From: Octopus bimaculoides
Lineage: Eukaryota
DNA length: 46,167 nt
Direction: 5' to 3'
Assembly: GCF_001194135.2 (NCBI RefSeq)
Contig: NC_069006.1
Span: 5,852,536 to 5,898,702, forward strand
The notes under the pieces are model-generated. The model saw nothing but the letters and a program-made list of their open reading frames with translations, searched no databases and had not been told where the DNA came from. Positions 12,135 through 24,500 of this stretch are shown in pieces. The stretch's first letter is position 1; every line of letters begins with the position of its first letter. Made by a program: the position numbers and the translations under genes.

Positions 12135-13748
12135 CATCATCATCGTTTAACGTCCGCTTTCCATGCTAGCATGATTGGACGATTTGACTGAGGACCGGCA
12201 AGCCAGAAGGCTGCACCAGGCTCCAATCTGATCTGGCAGAGTTTCTACAGCTGGATGCCCTTCCTAATGCCAACCACTCTGAGAGTGTAGTGGGTGCTTT
12301 TACATGCCACTGGCACGAGGGCCAGTCACACGGTACTGGCAACGGCCATGCTCAAAAAGGTGTTTTTTACGTGCCACCTGCACAGGAGCCAATCCAGCAG
12401 CACTGGCAACGACCTCGCTCGAATGATTTCCTAACGTGCCACCAGCACAAGTGCTAGAAGGCAACGCTGGTAATGATTACACTCAAATGGTGCTATTTAC
12501 GAGCCACTAGCACGGAAACCAGAAAACTGCTCAGGCAATGAACATGCTCGGACAGTGCTGTTAGTGCTTCACTGGTGCAGGTGCCAATCATCGAGTATGG
12601 TTCAATTATGATTTCGATTTCACTTGCCCCAACAGGTCTTAGCAAGCAGAATTTAGTGTCCAATGAAGGAGAGGTTGGCATGGATGCCAGTCGTCAGATT
12701 CGGTTCAATTTCGATTTCAAATTTCAAATTCCAAATCCCAAATTCACTTGCCTCAACAGGTCTTTGCAAGCAGAGTTTAGTGCCCAATGAAGTAAAGATA
12801 CAAATAAGTGAGTTGGCTACGCTTCTGGCAGGAATCACAGATTATGCTCTCACTTGCCTTGCCGGGTCTACTCACATATTGCATATTTCCAAAAGTCACG
12901 GTCAGAAGTCATTGCCTCGGTGAGGCCTCAAGTTTGAAGGTCGTGCTTCACCACCTCATCCCAGGTCTTCCTGGGTCTACCTCTTCCACAAGTTCCCTCA
13001 ACTGCTAGGGTGTGGCACTTTTTCACACACCTATCCTCATCCATTCTTGCCACATGACCATACCAGCGCAATCGTCTCTCTTGCATACCATAACTGATGC
13101 TTCTTAGGTTCAACTTTTTTCTCAAGGTACTTACACTCTGTCGAGTATGCACACTGACATTACACATCCATCGGAGCATACTGGCTTCGTTTCTTGCAAG
13201 CTTACACATGTCCTCAGCAGTTACAGCCCATGTTTCACTGCCATGTAGCATGGTTATTTGTACACATGCGTCATACAGTCTGCCTTTTACTCTGAGTGAG
13301 AGGCCCTTTGTCATCAGCAGAGGTAAGAGCTCTCTAAACTTTGCCCAGGTTATTCTTATTCTAGCAGCTACACTTTCAGTGCACCCTCCCCTGCTACANN
13401 NNNNNNNNNNNNNNNAGCGGAAGCTATCAACTACTTCTGGTTTTTCTCCCTGGTATGTGGCAAAAGTTGTTTTCTGCACATTTTCAGTGTTTATTGCTCC
13501 TGAGCATCTGCCACATACAAAAACTATCTTGCTAGTTAGTCTTCCTTTGATATTGCTGCACTTCTTATGTGTTCATGGCTTACACTGGGTACATCTTATG
13601 GAGTTTCTACCTATGCCTTTTCTACAGATCGAGCAGGGCCATCTACCTGAAGGGGTTTATGTTTTGTCTACCTTCCTACTTATTAGGACTTTGGTTTTAG
13701 CTAGGTTGACTCTAAGGCCTTTCGATTCTAGTCCTTGCTTCCACACCT
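12135..13748 (-). mobile_element. 5'-truncated RTE-clade LINE (end of ORF plus long 3' UTR and (GAT)n tail)
   Basis: ORF relic 13748-12868 with RTE C-terminal motifs (RIRITWAKFRELLPLL, HGSETW, RRLRWYGHVARM, GRGRPRKTW) and in-frame stops. The 3' end is ...GGACGTTAAACGATGATG. Confidence 0.95.
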
Positions 13749-13864
13749 GAAACTTCTCACGCATGTACACATATACATATATGTATATACACACACTCAT
13801 ATATATGTGTTTCTGTATGTATTATCACACCTGCACACGCTTGTACATATACCACACATACATA

Positions 13865-13899
<35 letters not shown>

Positions 13900-13901
<2 letters not shown>

Positions 13902-15335
13902 GAGAATATACAAATAATAACAACAGACGAGGACAGGTGGTGTAAATAACAAAAGGATATATTAGTATGACGCTCAGGAATACGGAAAGTCTTTGACGTT
14001 TCGAGCTACGCTCTTCAACAGAAAGAATACGGAGACAAACACTAATATAATTAAATGATTATGATATTCAAGTATGAAAGAAGAATTAGATAAGGATTAG
14101 GAGTTAAAATGTAGATTTATAAGATTATTGGGATTACCTAAGGGGTATTGTGGAAATATACTGTGTGGTTATATATTTGTGGTAGAATTTGAATGTGTGA
14201 AAAAAGCAATGGTTGCATGTGTTTAGAGCCTCATTATGTTTATTTAGCAGTGTTGAAGAGTTGTGCTCTAATATGTGAAGCGCCTCCTTCAGGCAAAGCT
14301 TGAGGGTAGAGCATTGACCTTGGTAGGGAAGCGCTGAATCCAATATGGACCATGATAGAATATAGGGTATATTTGTATTTTTGAGATGATGTATGTGGTT
14401 GGCGAGTGTTGTAGATTTACTGTTTATCATGTCTAAAAGAATGGAGGTGAGCGACATATCGTTGCTTAAAATATTTGGTTGATCCTATGTATATGGCTGT
14501 AGAGTTGTGTAATAGATTAAGGACAGTGCTTTTGTAAATTACATTATATCTTCTGCACTGGGTTTGTAATGGGCAGATGGTTTCAGGATGGCAGTTAAAA
14601 TTAGGTGAATTTTGGGGATTGTGTTCAGGAATGGAGGCGGTAATATTGTCAGAGGAGAGGTTAGAGAAGGGGCTAGAACGGCCTGAACTATTAGTATTAT
14701 TAATGTTATTATTACTATCATTGTTATTATTACTATTGTTGTTATTGATTGTACTATTTGTAAGAGTGGTAGAGATTGTGGTGGTGTTCCAGGTAGTGTC
14801 TGTAGGATGGGTTGTGGTTGTGGTCTAATGTAAGGGTATCTATGCTGGAGCTGTGTGCATGTTGAGCATTCATGTAGCTAGAGTTGTAATTATGTGAGTT
14901 TTGATAGTGAAGAGAAAGCTTTTGTTTATTAGAGGCTGCTATGATAGATTCGAAGTTTGATGGGGTAGAATAGGATAGTTTCAGGGTGGATCTGTTAAAG
15001 ATAGAATGATATTTTGTTGCCGAGAGAAGTTAGTCTAGTATTTTAAAGAAGGATTTAGCTAAGTTATTAATGTTAAGTGAGAAGTGGTGTGTGTAGCACA
15101 GAATAGAGCATCCGCTACTTATTTTAGGGGGCCTGGGAATAGTGCTGTCTATGTTTTTGGAGAATGGAGGTGGGTTGCAAGGCCTGTTGTTTTAGCTTTT
15201 GACCTAGTGTTAAATGTATGTGTGTGGGGTCTAGGTTGTCTAGGTGTAAGATCTTCTAGGGTTCAACAAGTGTGTGTGGTTGATTGTGATTGTGATGGTT
15301 GGTGCATCTTTGAGACGTGATTTGAGATATATATT
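13900..15335 (-). mobile_element. Penelope-like retroelement 3' part (RT-EN linker, GIY-YIG C-terminus, pLTR)
   Basis: Minus-strand IFNRSTLKLSYSTPSNFESII (PLE linker motif IFNRNTVK.SYS) and STTLANHIHHLK...WSIL..A.PY....LCLKEALHIL...LLNK..E....C.H (PLE endonuclease C-terminus), with a hammerhead motif downstream. Confidence 0.9.
13990..14026 (-). ncRNA. Penelope-type minimal type I hammerhead ribozyme motif (one core substitution)
   Basis: UCUUU-CUGUUGA-A-GAGC gua GCUC-GAAAC-GUC-AAAGA: stem I UCUUU/AAAGA, stem II GAGC/GCUC, palindromic ACGU stem III. The core reads CUGUUGA instead of CUGANGA. Confidence 0.75.
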
Positions 15336-15611
15336 GTTTGAGCCTGGTGGCCCCTCCTTAATTCTTCTGTCCCTCTGCCTCTACCTCTCTCTCTTCTCTT
15401 CCCACGTGACCAGTGTTTGGCCAAGCCTGATCTTTCTTTCTTGGTTCGGCCGTCATCCGTGCCACATCAATATTCCTCCCTGTGCCTGTGAAATCTTGTA
15501 TCCCTGCTGTAAAGCTTTATTTCCACACACGCCAGATATATATATATCTTCCTCCTCATTTATTGTTCATGTTCCATACTGGCATGAGTTTGATGATTTG
15601 ACAAGGATCTG

Positions 15612-15700
15612 ACGAGTTGAAGGACTCCATCATACTCCGGTGTCTGCTTTAGCATGGTTTCTATGGCTGGATGCCCTTCCTAATGCCAACCACTTTACAG
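15612..15700 (-). mobile_element. RTE-tail fragment
   Basis: GGCTGGATGCCCTTCCTAATGCCAACCAC is the reverse complement of the tail motif. Confidence 0.75.
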
Positions 15701-15724
15701 TGTGACCACTTTACTGTGTGTGTA

Positions 15725-15905
15725 AGGCAATGAGCTGGCAGAATTGTTACCATGTCTAGCAAAATGCTTGGCGGAATTTCATCTGTCATTATGTTCTGAG
15801 CTAAAATTCTGCTCAGGTTGATTTTTGCCTTTCATCCTTCTGGAGTTGATAAAATAAGCACTGGTAGAGAACTGGGGTCGATGTAACAACTTAAATTTGA
15901 AACCA
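15725..15905 (+). mobile_element. SINE family B
   Basis: GAGCTGGCAGAATTGTT...TTTGCCTTTCATCCTT...GGGGTCGATGTAA. Confidence 0.8.
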
Positions 15906-16430
15906 GTTTGTGTGTGTGTGTGCACGTGTTCATTAGTTTCTCCTGGGCTTGATATTCCATGATAGTTGTAAACAAATGCTACCATCATACAAGCGGTGTC
16001 CCTAAATATCAATGGACAAGTGGATTCAGTGCCTTACTGTCCCACTCTTACTATAGAATTATATGTTTACTTCTTTTGCAAGCATCATTTTAATTGGCTT
16101 ATTCATTTCATTTCCATGAAGAGAAAGGGGAAAAAAAATCAATTCCATAATAAATTACTTCAAAGCAATGATAATTAAACTTCAGCTGTAGAATTATATA
16201 TAATCTGTTTCATATTTATTTCATAATTAATGCAAACCAGCAAGCTTGCTTGCTGTGCTGCAGTGGGGGTAACATCACGAGTTATGTTAACTAATCTCCA
16301 AACTTTATTAATCCTCTCATATATATATATAATAGGAAAGAAACTGTGTTTAAATTGAAGCCTTAGTTATTTTGGAATCCTGCAAATTTAACTCTTTATG
16401 CTTTTTTTTCTACTTGTTTTGAATTAATTA

Positions 16431-16811
16431 TGCAGGAGTGGCTGTGTGGTAAGTAGCTTGCTTACCAACCACATGGTTCCGGGTTCAGTCCCACTGCGTG
16501 GCACCTTGGGCAAGTGTCTTCTACTATAGCCTCAGGCCGACCAAAGCTTTGTGAGTGGATTTGGTAGACGGAAACTGAAAGAAGCCTGCTGTATATATGA
16601 TTATATATATATATGTGTGTTTGTCCCCCCAACATCGCTTGACAACTGATGGTGGTGTGTTTACGTCCCCCGTAACTTAGCGGTTCGGCAAAAAGAGACC
16701 GATAGAATAAATACTAGGCTTACAAAGAATAAGTCCTGGGTTCGATTTGCTCGACTAAAGGCGGTGCTCCAGCATGGCCACAGTCAAATGACTGAAACAA
16801 GTAAAAGAGTA
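16431..16811 (+). mobile_element. SINE family A, full length
   Basis: Near-consensus copy with A/B boxes and tail. Confidence 0.9.
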
Positions 16812-16842
16812 TCTGGTAGCTTTGAGATTTCAGTGGTTTCGT

Positions 16843-17272
16843 TTATCTTTTATTTGTTTCAGTTGTTAAGATTATGTCCATGCTGGAGCACTGCCTTCAA
16901 GAATTTTAATCGGATCCCAGTATTAACCCCAGTATTTGTCACTTTTTTTTTTGGTTAATATTGGTACTTATTCTATCAGTTTCCTTTTGCCAAACCGCTA
17001 AGTTACAGGGATGTAAATACACCAACACTGGTTGTCAGGTGGTGGTGGAGGACAAACATGCACAAAGGTGTGCACACACACACTCACGCATACACATGTG
17101 CATGCGTGACATGCTTCTTTCAGTTTCCAACAACCAAATCCACTCACAAGGCTTTGGTTGGCCCAACGCCTTAGTAGAAGTCACTTACTGAAAGTGCCAA
17201 GTAGTGGCACTGAACTTGAAACCAATATGGTTGGGAAGCAAGCTTCTTACCACACAGCCACGCTTGCACCTA
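16843..17272 (-). mobile_element. SINE family A, full length, tail-to-tail with 16431-16811
   Basis: Reverse-complement copy starting ~30 nt after the preceding copy. Confidence 0.85.
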
Positions 17273-18777
17273 TATGTTAGTTTATTTTTAAACAGACATT
17301 GTAGGGTAGGTGTGAGAGGTCAGATCTGGCCAGTTTGAACTCAAAGCAAGTAAAATATTTGGTCTGGATATGGCTAGTTTAAATGCTATAGAGTTAAATA
17401 ATAAAATATACAATCATGCATTTAACCCTTGCCTCCTAATCTTCGTGGTTCTCTGCCAAAACTTAAAACCATTATCATTACTTTGATCTTAGTACAATTT
17501 ATTGTGATATTCTTATCGGGTCTGTTAGAGTGGCACAGATGGTATCATGTTGAGCAGTAATTAATTTCATTTACTAATGACTGGGTTCAAATCCTGCCAG
17601 TTAGCTTCGACATTGCATTTTATCCCATCATTGTTCTGCAGGAAATATTTACTATATCCAGTTCAATAGACACTTGCTGCTCCAACACAACATCAGTGTG
17701 TGTGTGTGTGTGTGTGTGCAAATTTTATTATGCAATAACCCATGCCAGCATGGACATGGATGATGAAATTTATTTCGAGCCAAGAAGTCATCAGCTGACT
17801 GTGGTACCTCAAAACCCGAATGACAGGCTGAACAGAGATGCCAACAGCAACTGGTCTTTTAGCTGAGTAAATAGGATAATAATATCCTTTTATTAATTTA
17901 GACTTCACCAGATAAATACAGTTGTTCAAATCACAAAGGCATACATCTTGCTTGGCCATGTGTTGTTGTTGGTTAATCCTGAGTCCATGACCTGTGATCT
18001 AAAGCATTCCAATTGTGGCCATTCCATGATTTTTTTCTAGATATAGTGCGTCACATACAGACTATATGTTATCTACTGTGTTCTTTGGTGATATGAGGGA
18101 GATTTGGTTGCTATTTCTTGCAGGTCAGGTGATAGCATAGTTGATCCCCCATTTTATTGGTTTAACATTTTTGTTGCTGTATTGCTATTTGGAATACCCT
18201 GCCATTGCTTTAATTAATTTTGAAAATAATGGAAGAATTTATTAAAATAACTATGTCATTAATTAAGCCAGTGTTTCGAATATAAACTAATATGAAATTT
18301 TAATGAAAGTTTTAGATCATTTTAAAACAGTGAATTAGTATCATAAGTGCAGTTTCAGGCAGGTTAATATTGCAAGGATTAAACAGAGAATTTAACATCT
18401 GCTCTCATACCCTTGCCATGGGATTTCTCATTGTAAAGGAAGTGAAGTAGCTTTCTACTGGGAATCAAAACCAAATTGCTAACTTGGATTCTTTTGGTGC
18501 CAGTCTCCACTTAGCCATATTCTACACTGTTGCACTGGTTACCTATTTTAATTAAACATAAGCATCTAATCAAAAATAACATTCAGATAAAATAAAATAA
18601 AATAAAACTGAATTAATTATATGTATCAGATTCCATCTAAAATAGTTTTCTTATCCACGTTTACTTTATGATAAAATACTTCATTCTATGTCTTGGTTGT
18701 TTTTTTAAACTTTTTCTCTGCTAACCATATTTCCAAGGAAATACACAGCAACACATTTTGAAAATGATTAACTATAT

Positions 18778-19530
18778 AGGCACAGGCATGGCTGTGTGGT
18801 AAGAAGCTTGCTTCCCAACCACAGGGTTCTCTGAAGTCACTCTCACTGCATGGCACCTTGGGCAAGTGTATTCTACTATGTTGGCACTCCATCGCTTACA
18901 ACGTCGAGGGTTCCAGTTGATCCGATCAACGGAACAGCCTGCTCGTGAAATTAACGTGCAAGTGGCTGAGCACTCCAGACACGAGTACCCTTAACGTAGT
19001 TCTCTGGGATATTCAGCGTGACACAGTGTGACAAGGCTGACCCTTTGAATTACAGGCACAACAGAAACAGGAAGTAAGAATGAGAGAAAGTTGTGGTGAA
19101 AGTGTACAGCAGGGTTCGCCACCATCCCCTGCCGGAGTCTCGTGGAGCTTTTTAAGTCCGCTGCCCTAACCACTGGGCCATTGCGCCTCCATGTATTCTA
19201 CTATAACCTAAGGCCAACCAAAATCTTGTGAGTGGATTTGGTAGAAGGAAACTGAAAGAATTCCGTCATGCATGTGTGTTTGTGTGTGTGTGTGGCTGTG
19301 TGTTAAGAAGCTTGCTTCCCAACCACATGGTTCTCTGAACTCTCTCTCACTGCATGGCACCTTGGGCAAGTGTCTTCTATAACCTAGGGCCAACCAAAAT
19401 CTTATGAGTGGATTTGGTAGAAGGAAACTGAAAGAATCCCGTCATGTGTGGCTGTGTGGTAACAAGCTTGCTTCCCAACCACAGGGTTCTGAATTCACTC
19501 CCGCTGCATGGCACATTGGGCAAGTGTAAG
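18778..19530. mobile_element. Cluster of SINE family A heads (+) with a nested SINE family C (-, ~18878-19190)
   Basis: Repeated GGCTGTGTGGTAAGAAGCTTGCTTCCCAACCAC heads. The family C copy (GTTGGCACTCCATCGCTTACAACGTCGAGG...GGGCCATTGCGCCTCCA) splits the first head. Confidence 0.8.
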
Positions 19531-19812
19531 TACTGGGGTTGATTAGTTTGACTAAAATTCCTGAAGGTGGTACTCCAGCATGGCCGCAGTCTAATGACCG
19601 AAACAAAACAAAAGATAAACTATAAAAGAGCTAGGTGGTTTGTCTGGAACATAACTTACCAAAAGACATGGGTACTAATTTATGAAGATATTGTTTGGAA
19701 CATACAATAGACATTGGTATATTAAGGTGGTGTGTGGAATATAAAAGACTAATATATATTGGTAGATGGTGTTTGGAACATTACATAAAAAAAACCCACA
19801 TATATTGGTCTT

Positions 19813-20172
19813 CCTTTTACTTGTTTCAGTCATTAGACTGCAGCCATGCGTGGGCACCGCCTTGAAGAATTTTTAGTCAAATGAATCGATTCCAGTACTG
19901 TTTTTAAAGCCTGGTACTTATTCTATTGGTCTCTTTCGCTGAACTGCTAAGTTACATGGACACTGGTTTTCAAGTAGTGGTAGTGGGACAAACATGCGCT
20001 TGCACATACGCGCACGATGAGCTTTTTTCAGTTTCTATCTACCAGATCCACTCACAAAGCTTTGGTTGGCCCAAGGCTATAGTAGAAAACACTTGCTTAA
20101 GGTGTCATGCAGTGGGACTGAACCTGGAACCATGTGGTTGGGAAGCAAGCTTCTTACCATACAGTCACATAT
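19813..20172 (-). mobile_element. SINE family A, full length
   Basis: Reverse-complement match to the family A consensus. Confidence 0.8.
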
Positions 20173-21560
20173 GCATTTATTGACTCTTTTACTGCGAAAA
20201 CCAGATATATCCACTCAAAATTTCATTACCCTCAACTGCAAAACCTGTTTTATATACCAATTGTTCAGGAATGTCATGTTTGAAACCGTTTTTTTTTTTG
20301 TTGAGATATGTCAAGTTTATTGATACAATGTGATTTGTAGAATAAAAGAAAAACAAACATACCATATTTTGGTAGATCTTTAACATCATTACTGGGAATA
20401 ACCTTGAAATTTAATTTAATAGTTAAAAGGTTAGAAATGGTGTTTGGAACAACAAACAAGAAAATTGCAGCAAAGCTGTGTGATAGTGGTGTAGACATGG
20501 CATGAAGACCATCATGTAACTTGTTTTATTTTGACATGTGCATTTCGTTTTTTCTCTTCTGTTTTATGAATCCAGTGTGCACATGTGCATTGCATGTTCA
20601 TACCTCTCTTTCCAATTCCTACACAAAACTGTTTACAGATCACAACCATCTCATAAACCTGTGGTTATGAGGAGCACTTTGTGCTCCAATGGTTGTGAAA
20701 AAACAAACAAATGTCTACTGGTATATTTAAGATGGGTTTTGGAAAAGACAATATTGGTATATTAACCTTTAGCATACTGTAGGTGCATCCTGTCACGGAA
20801 TGAATTTTCTCCCCTGTATTTGCAGGGAAGTGGTAGGTGAAACAATTCCAGAAAAAATGCAGTGTGTTAACAGTTAAAATGGCATCCAGAACATAACATA
20901 ACAACCACAAATATTCTTGCATAAAATACTGCACAGTTGTGATTTCAATACCATCATCATCATTTAATGTCCATGTTCCATGCTGGCATGGGTTAAATGG
21001 TTTCACTGGATCCTGTGTGTCAAAGGACTGCATTGAGCTCCAATGAACACTTAAAAAGATTTTTTTATTTTTTTTATTTTTTTTGTAATCTAGGACCAGA
21101 AGCAGTCTGCTCTCAGGTGGGTTGGTATTAAGTAGGTTAAACAAAGGGTCAGTTTACTCCTCCTTAATCTCTAAACTTTTTCTATATTTTTTTTCCTTTT
21201 AACTTTTCTCTTTTATTTAGATCTATTAACTTCGGTTTCATTTATAGAAAATTTAATTTCCCTCATGCATATAGCATTTCAATATGGTTATATCAAATAA
21301 CTAACGAATTTAAAATTTGTTTTGCTCTTCGCTAACATTTCAAATCTTGGCTAATAATAATAATAATAATAATAATGTAAAATTGCTTGATTCCAATTTG
21401 CTTTTTTAATTATAAAAATTACTTTAGTTTCATTTTTTTCTCTCCTTCTTCTTCATCCTGGTCTTCAAAAACCAATACCAATGTTGATATTTTTATTTGT
21501 TTGTACGAGTTTAAACTATATATGTGTATATATATATACACATATATATATGTGTGTGTA

Positions 21561-21626
<66 letters not shown>

Positions 21627-21925
21627 AGTAAAAATAAATACAAAAAAGGTGGTTTTTTTGTATGATTGTGTATAGAGGAATATATTATTTTGTTTAAAAG
21701 AGTTCCAACACTGTCTGTTTTTTATGTTTTATTTATATTCCTGCAGAACCAATGTGGGATATAGAATATGGAATATACAATATATAATATAATATACAAT
21801 ATATAATATAAAATAAGATAAAATAAAAATGGATGGCACCATGAAATAAAGTATTGAATGTAGATGAAATATTGAGTGTTCAATATAAAGGATCAAATAT
21901 ATAAATATAAATATAAATATATAAA

Positions 21926-21965
21926 GGCGACTCGAGTTTCAGGGCTATTTCCCTTCGTCATGGCC
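21926..21965 (-). ncRNA. Solo Penelope-type minimal hammerhead motif
   Basis: GGC-C(A)UGACGA-AGGG aaauag CCCU-GAAAC-UCGA-GUC-GCC: stems I and II, palindromic CUCGAG stem III and a GUC cleavage triplet, with one extra A in the core. Confidence 0.7.
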
Positions 21966-21970
21966 GGTAT

Positions 21971-22012
<42 letters not shown>

Positions 22013-22254
22013 ATAAAAAGGGATGGTATCGATATCTTTGCACTTATTTTTTTACCTTATGTTACATATTTTATGTTAACTTTTTCTTGTTTTATTATTG
22101 CTGTGTAATGGCAGTAAGTACTTCCCCCGCCGACAAGCTCCCACTTTTCAGCCTGCCACTGGTTTCCCAGTGGAATTACTTTATTTCACATAACCTCACT
22201 ACTACTGCAACCGCCATCATCACCACCTCCACCAATAATGGTTTCAAATTTTGG

Positions 22255-22445
22255 CCCATGGCCAGCAATTTTGGAGGAGGGGGATAAGTCGACTACATCG
22301 ACTCCAGGGTTCAACTGGTGCTTATGTTATTGACCTCGAAAAGATGAAATGCAAAGTTGACCTCAGTGGTATTTGAACTCAGAACACAAGACAGATGAAA
22401 CGCCTCTAGACATTTTGTTTGGTGTGTTAGTGATTCTGCCTGCTC
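22255..22445 (-). mobile_element. SINE family B
   Basis: Reverse-complement match to the family B copy at 31164-31397. Confidence 0.75.
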
Positions 22446-22624
22446 AGTGGTCATCATCAACATTGTCTATTATTTGAAGTCCACAAGGTCGGTTGCCTTG
22501 TGGATGTGAGCTTGCTGTTGAAAGTTCAGGGAAAAGGGAACGCTTATGGTGAACTAATAATGGAGCATATGGATCTTGTATCCTGGTTACAAATTTTCAT
22601 TTGTACCCATCATTTTAGGTGAAG

Positions 22625-22860
22625 CACAGGCATGGCTGTATGGTAAGAAGCATGCTTCCTGACCACATGGCTCTGGGTTCAATCTCACTGTGTGGTGGCT
22701 TAGGCAAGTATCTTCTACTATAGCCTTGGGCTAACCAAAGCCTTGTGAGTGAATTTGGGAGACGGAAACTGAAAGAAGTCCACATATATATATGTGTGTG
22801 TGTGTGTGTTTGTCCCACCACTGTTTGACGACTGGTTTTGGTTTGTTTACATCCCTATGC
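22625..22860 (+). mobile_element. SINE family A, 3'-truncated
   Basis: tRNA head, central domain and start of the tail. Confidence 0.8.
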
Positions 22861-22939
22861 ACATTTATAAACCCTGGGAAGTTTTGTTACTTGGTTAGCA
22901 GCTGGTTTGGGACTCCGGTCTCAAAGAAAATATATATAG

Positions 22940-23327
22940 GTGCAGGAGTGGCTGTGTGGTAAGTAGCTTGCTTACCAAACGCATGGTTCCGGGTTCATTC
23001 CCACTGCGTGGCACCTTGGGCAAGTGTCTTCTACTATAGCCCCGGGCCGACCAAAGCCTTGTGAGTGGATTTGGTAGACGGAAACTGAAAGAAGCCCATC
23101 GTATATATGTGTATATGTTTGTATGTCTGTGTTTGTCCCCCCAACATCACTTGACAACTGATGCTGGTGTGTTTATGTCCCTGTAACTTAGCGGTTTGGC
23201 AAGAGAGATCGATAGAATAAGTACTAGGCATCCAAAGAATAAGTCCTGGGGTCGATTTGCTCGACTAAAGGCGGTGCTCCAGCATGGCCGCAGTCAAATG
23301 ACTGAAACAAATAAAAGAGTAAAGAGT
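22940..23327 (+). mobile_element. SINE family A, full length
   Basis: Near-consensus copy. Confidence 0.9.
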
Positions 23328-24081
23328 ATACACACATATTCACACATACACATGCACATACACACACATACACACCACACACATACAGAGTGGGAGCTGC
23401 TTATAATATGGACAATGTTACCAGCTGATTGTTTTTATCAAAATCAGTGGGTCCTTTATTTGCTTAATGTTATCAGCTGGTTATTGTTATTGAAAAGGCT
23501 TCCAGCCACAGTGATCACAACAAGCAGCTTCCACACCTTTGTGGACATTTGGTAAAAATCTCCACAGCTTCATGTTTCTCTCTGCACCTGTTACATTACA
23601 TTTTTTTTTCTTTCTTTCATTCTTAATTACATTCGTTATTCTAAGTAGAAGAGATTGGACGGGAGATTACGACTCACCATCTTTTGTTTACTTTTACTGG
23701 GCTGCTGGTGAATGTGGCACTGTGGGTGGTGATGATGATGATGATGATGATGATAGTGGTAGTTGTTAAGCTTCCAGAGGAATTAAAAATGGGTGAAGCT
23801 GTAATGAAAACGATTTCAACCATGGCATTGCCTCTTTATTTTAGGTACAGTGTATCTAGAAGTATTTTTGTTAATGTCTCCTTTATTATTGTTGTTTAGC
23901 TCTATCTTGATCACATTCCATTTCAGTCCATTTTAGAGGCGGGGGGGGGGGATACCTAGGACATTATCTAATGTATGCTTTTGTTTTTTTATGTTTTTTG
24001 TGTATATATGCATAATAATAAAACTGAAGTGAAGAATGAATATATAATGTGTGTTTATTTAGGAAAAAAAGAAAAGATCAG

Positions 24082-24243
24082 GCACAGGAGTGGCTGTGTG
24101 GTAAGTAGCTTGCTTACCAACCACATGGTTCTGGGTTCAGTCCCACTGCGTGGCACCTTGGGTGAGTGTCTTCTGCTATAGCCTCGGGCCGACCAAAGCC
24201 TTGTGAGTGGATTTGGTAGACGGAAACTGAAAGAAGCCTGTTG

Positions 24244-24284
<41 letters not shown>

Positions 24285-24500
24285 ATATGTTGTGTATCTG
24301 TGTTTGTCCCCCCAACATCGCTTGACAACCGATGCTGGTGTGTTTAGGTCCCCGTAAACTTAGCGGTTCGGCAAAAGAGAACGATAGAATAAGTACTAGG
24401 CTTACAAAGAATAAGTCCTGGGGTCGATTTGATTCGACTAAAGGCGGTGCTCCAGCATGGCCGCAGTCAAATGACTGAAACAAGTAAAAGAATAAAATAG
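24082..24500 (+). mobile_element. SINE family A, full length
   Basis: Near-consensus copy. Confidence 0.9.

Noticed and set aside
18105-18135. TTCTTGCAG|GTCAGG recursive-splice-like site
   Set aside because: Part of a dispersed repeat also seen near 7240-7280, with a poor pyrimidine tract.
22578-22586. GTATCCTGG (VSW) as the end of the Dvl DIX exon
   Set aside because: Upstream codons do not give LPCFNGRVV and there is no GT donor after the Trp codon.
23649-23707. Possible exon after a T-rich tract (AG...CTG|GTGAAT)
   Set aside because: 59 nt from the first usable AG, so frameshifting; no homology in any frame, and a competing minus-strand donor makes it ambiguous.
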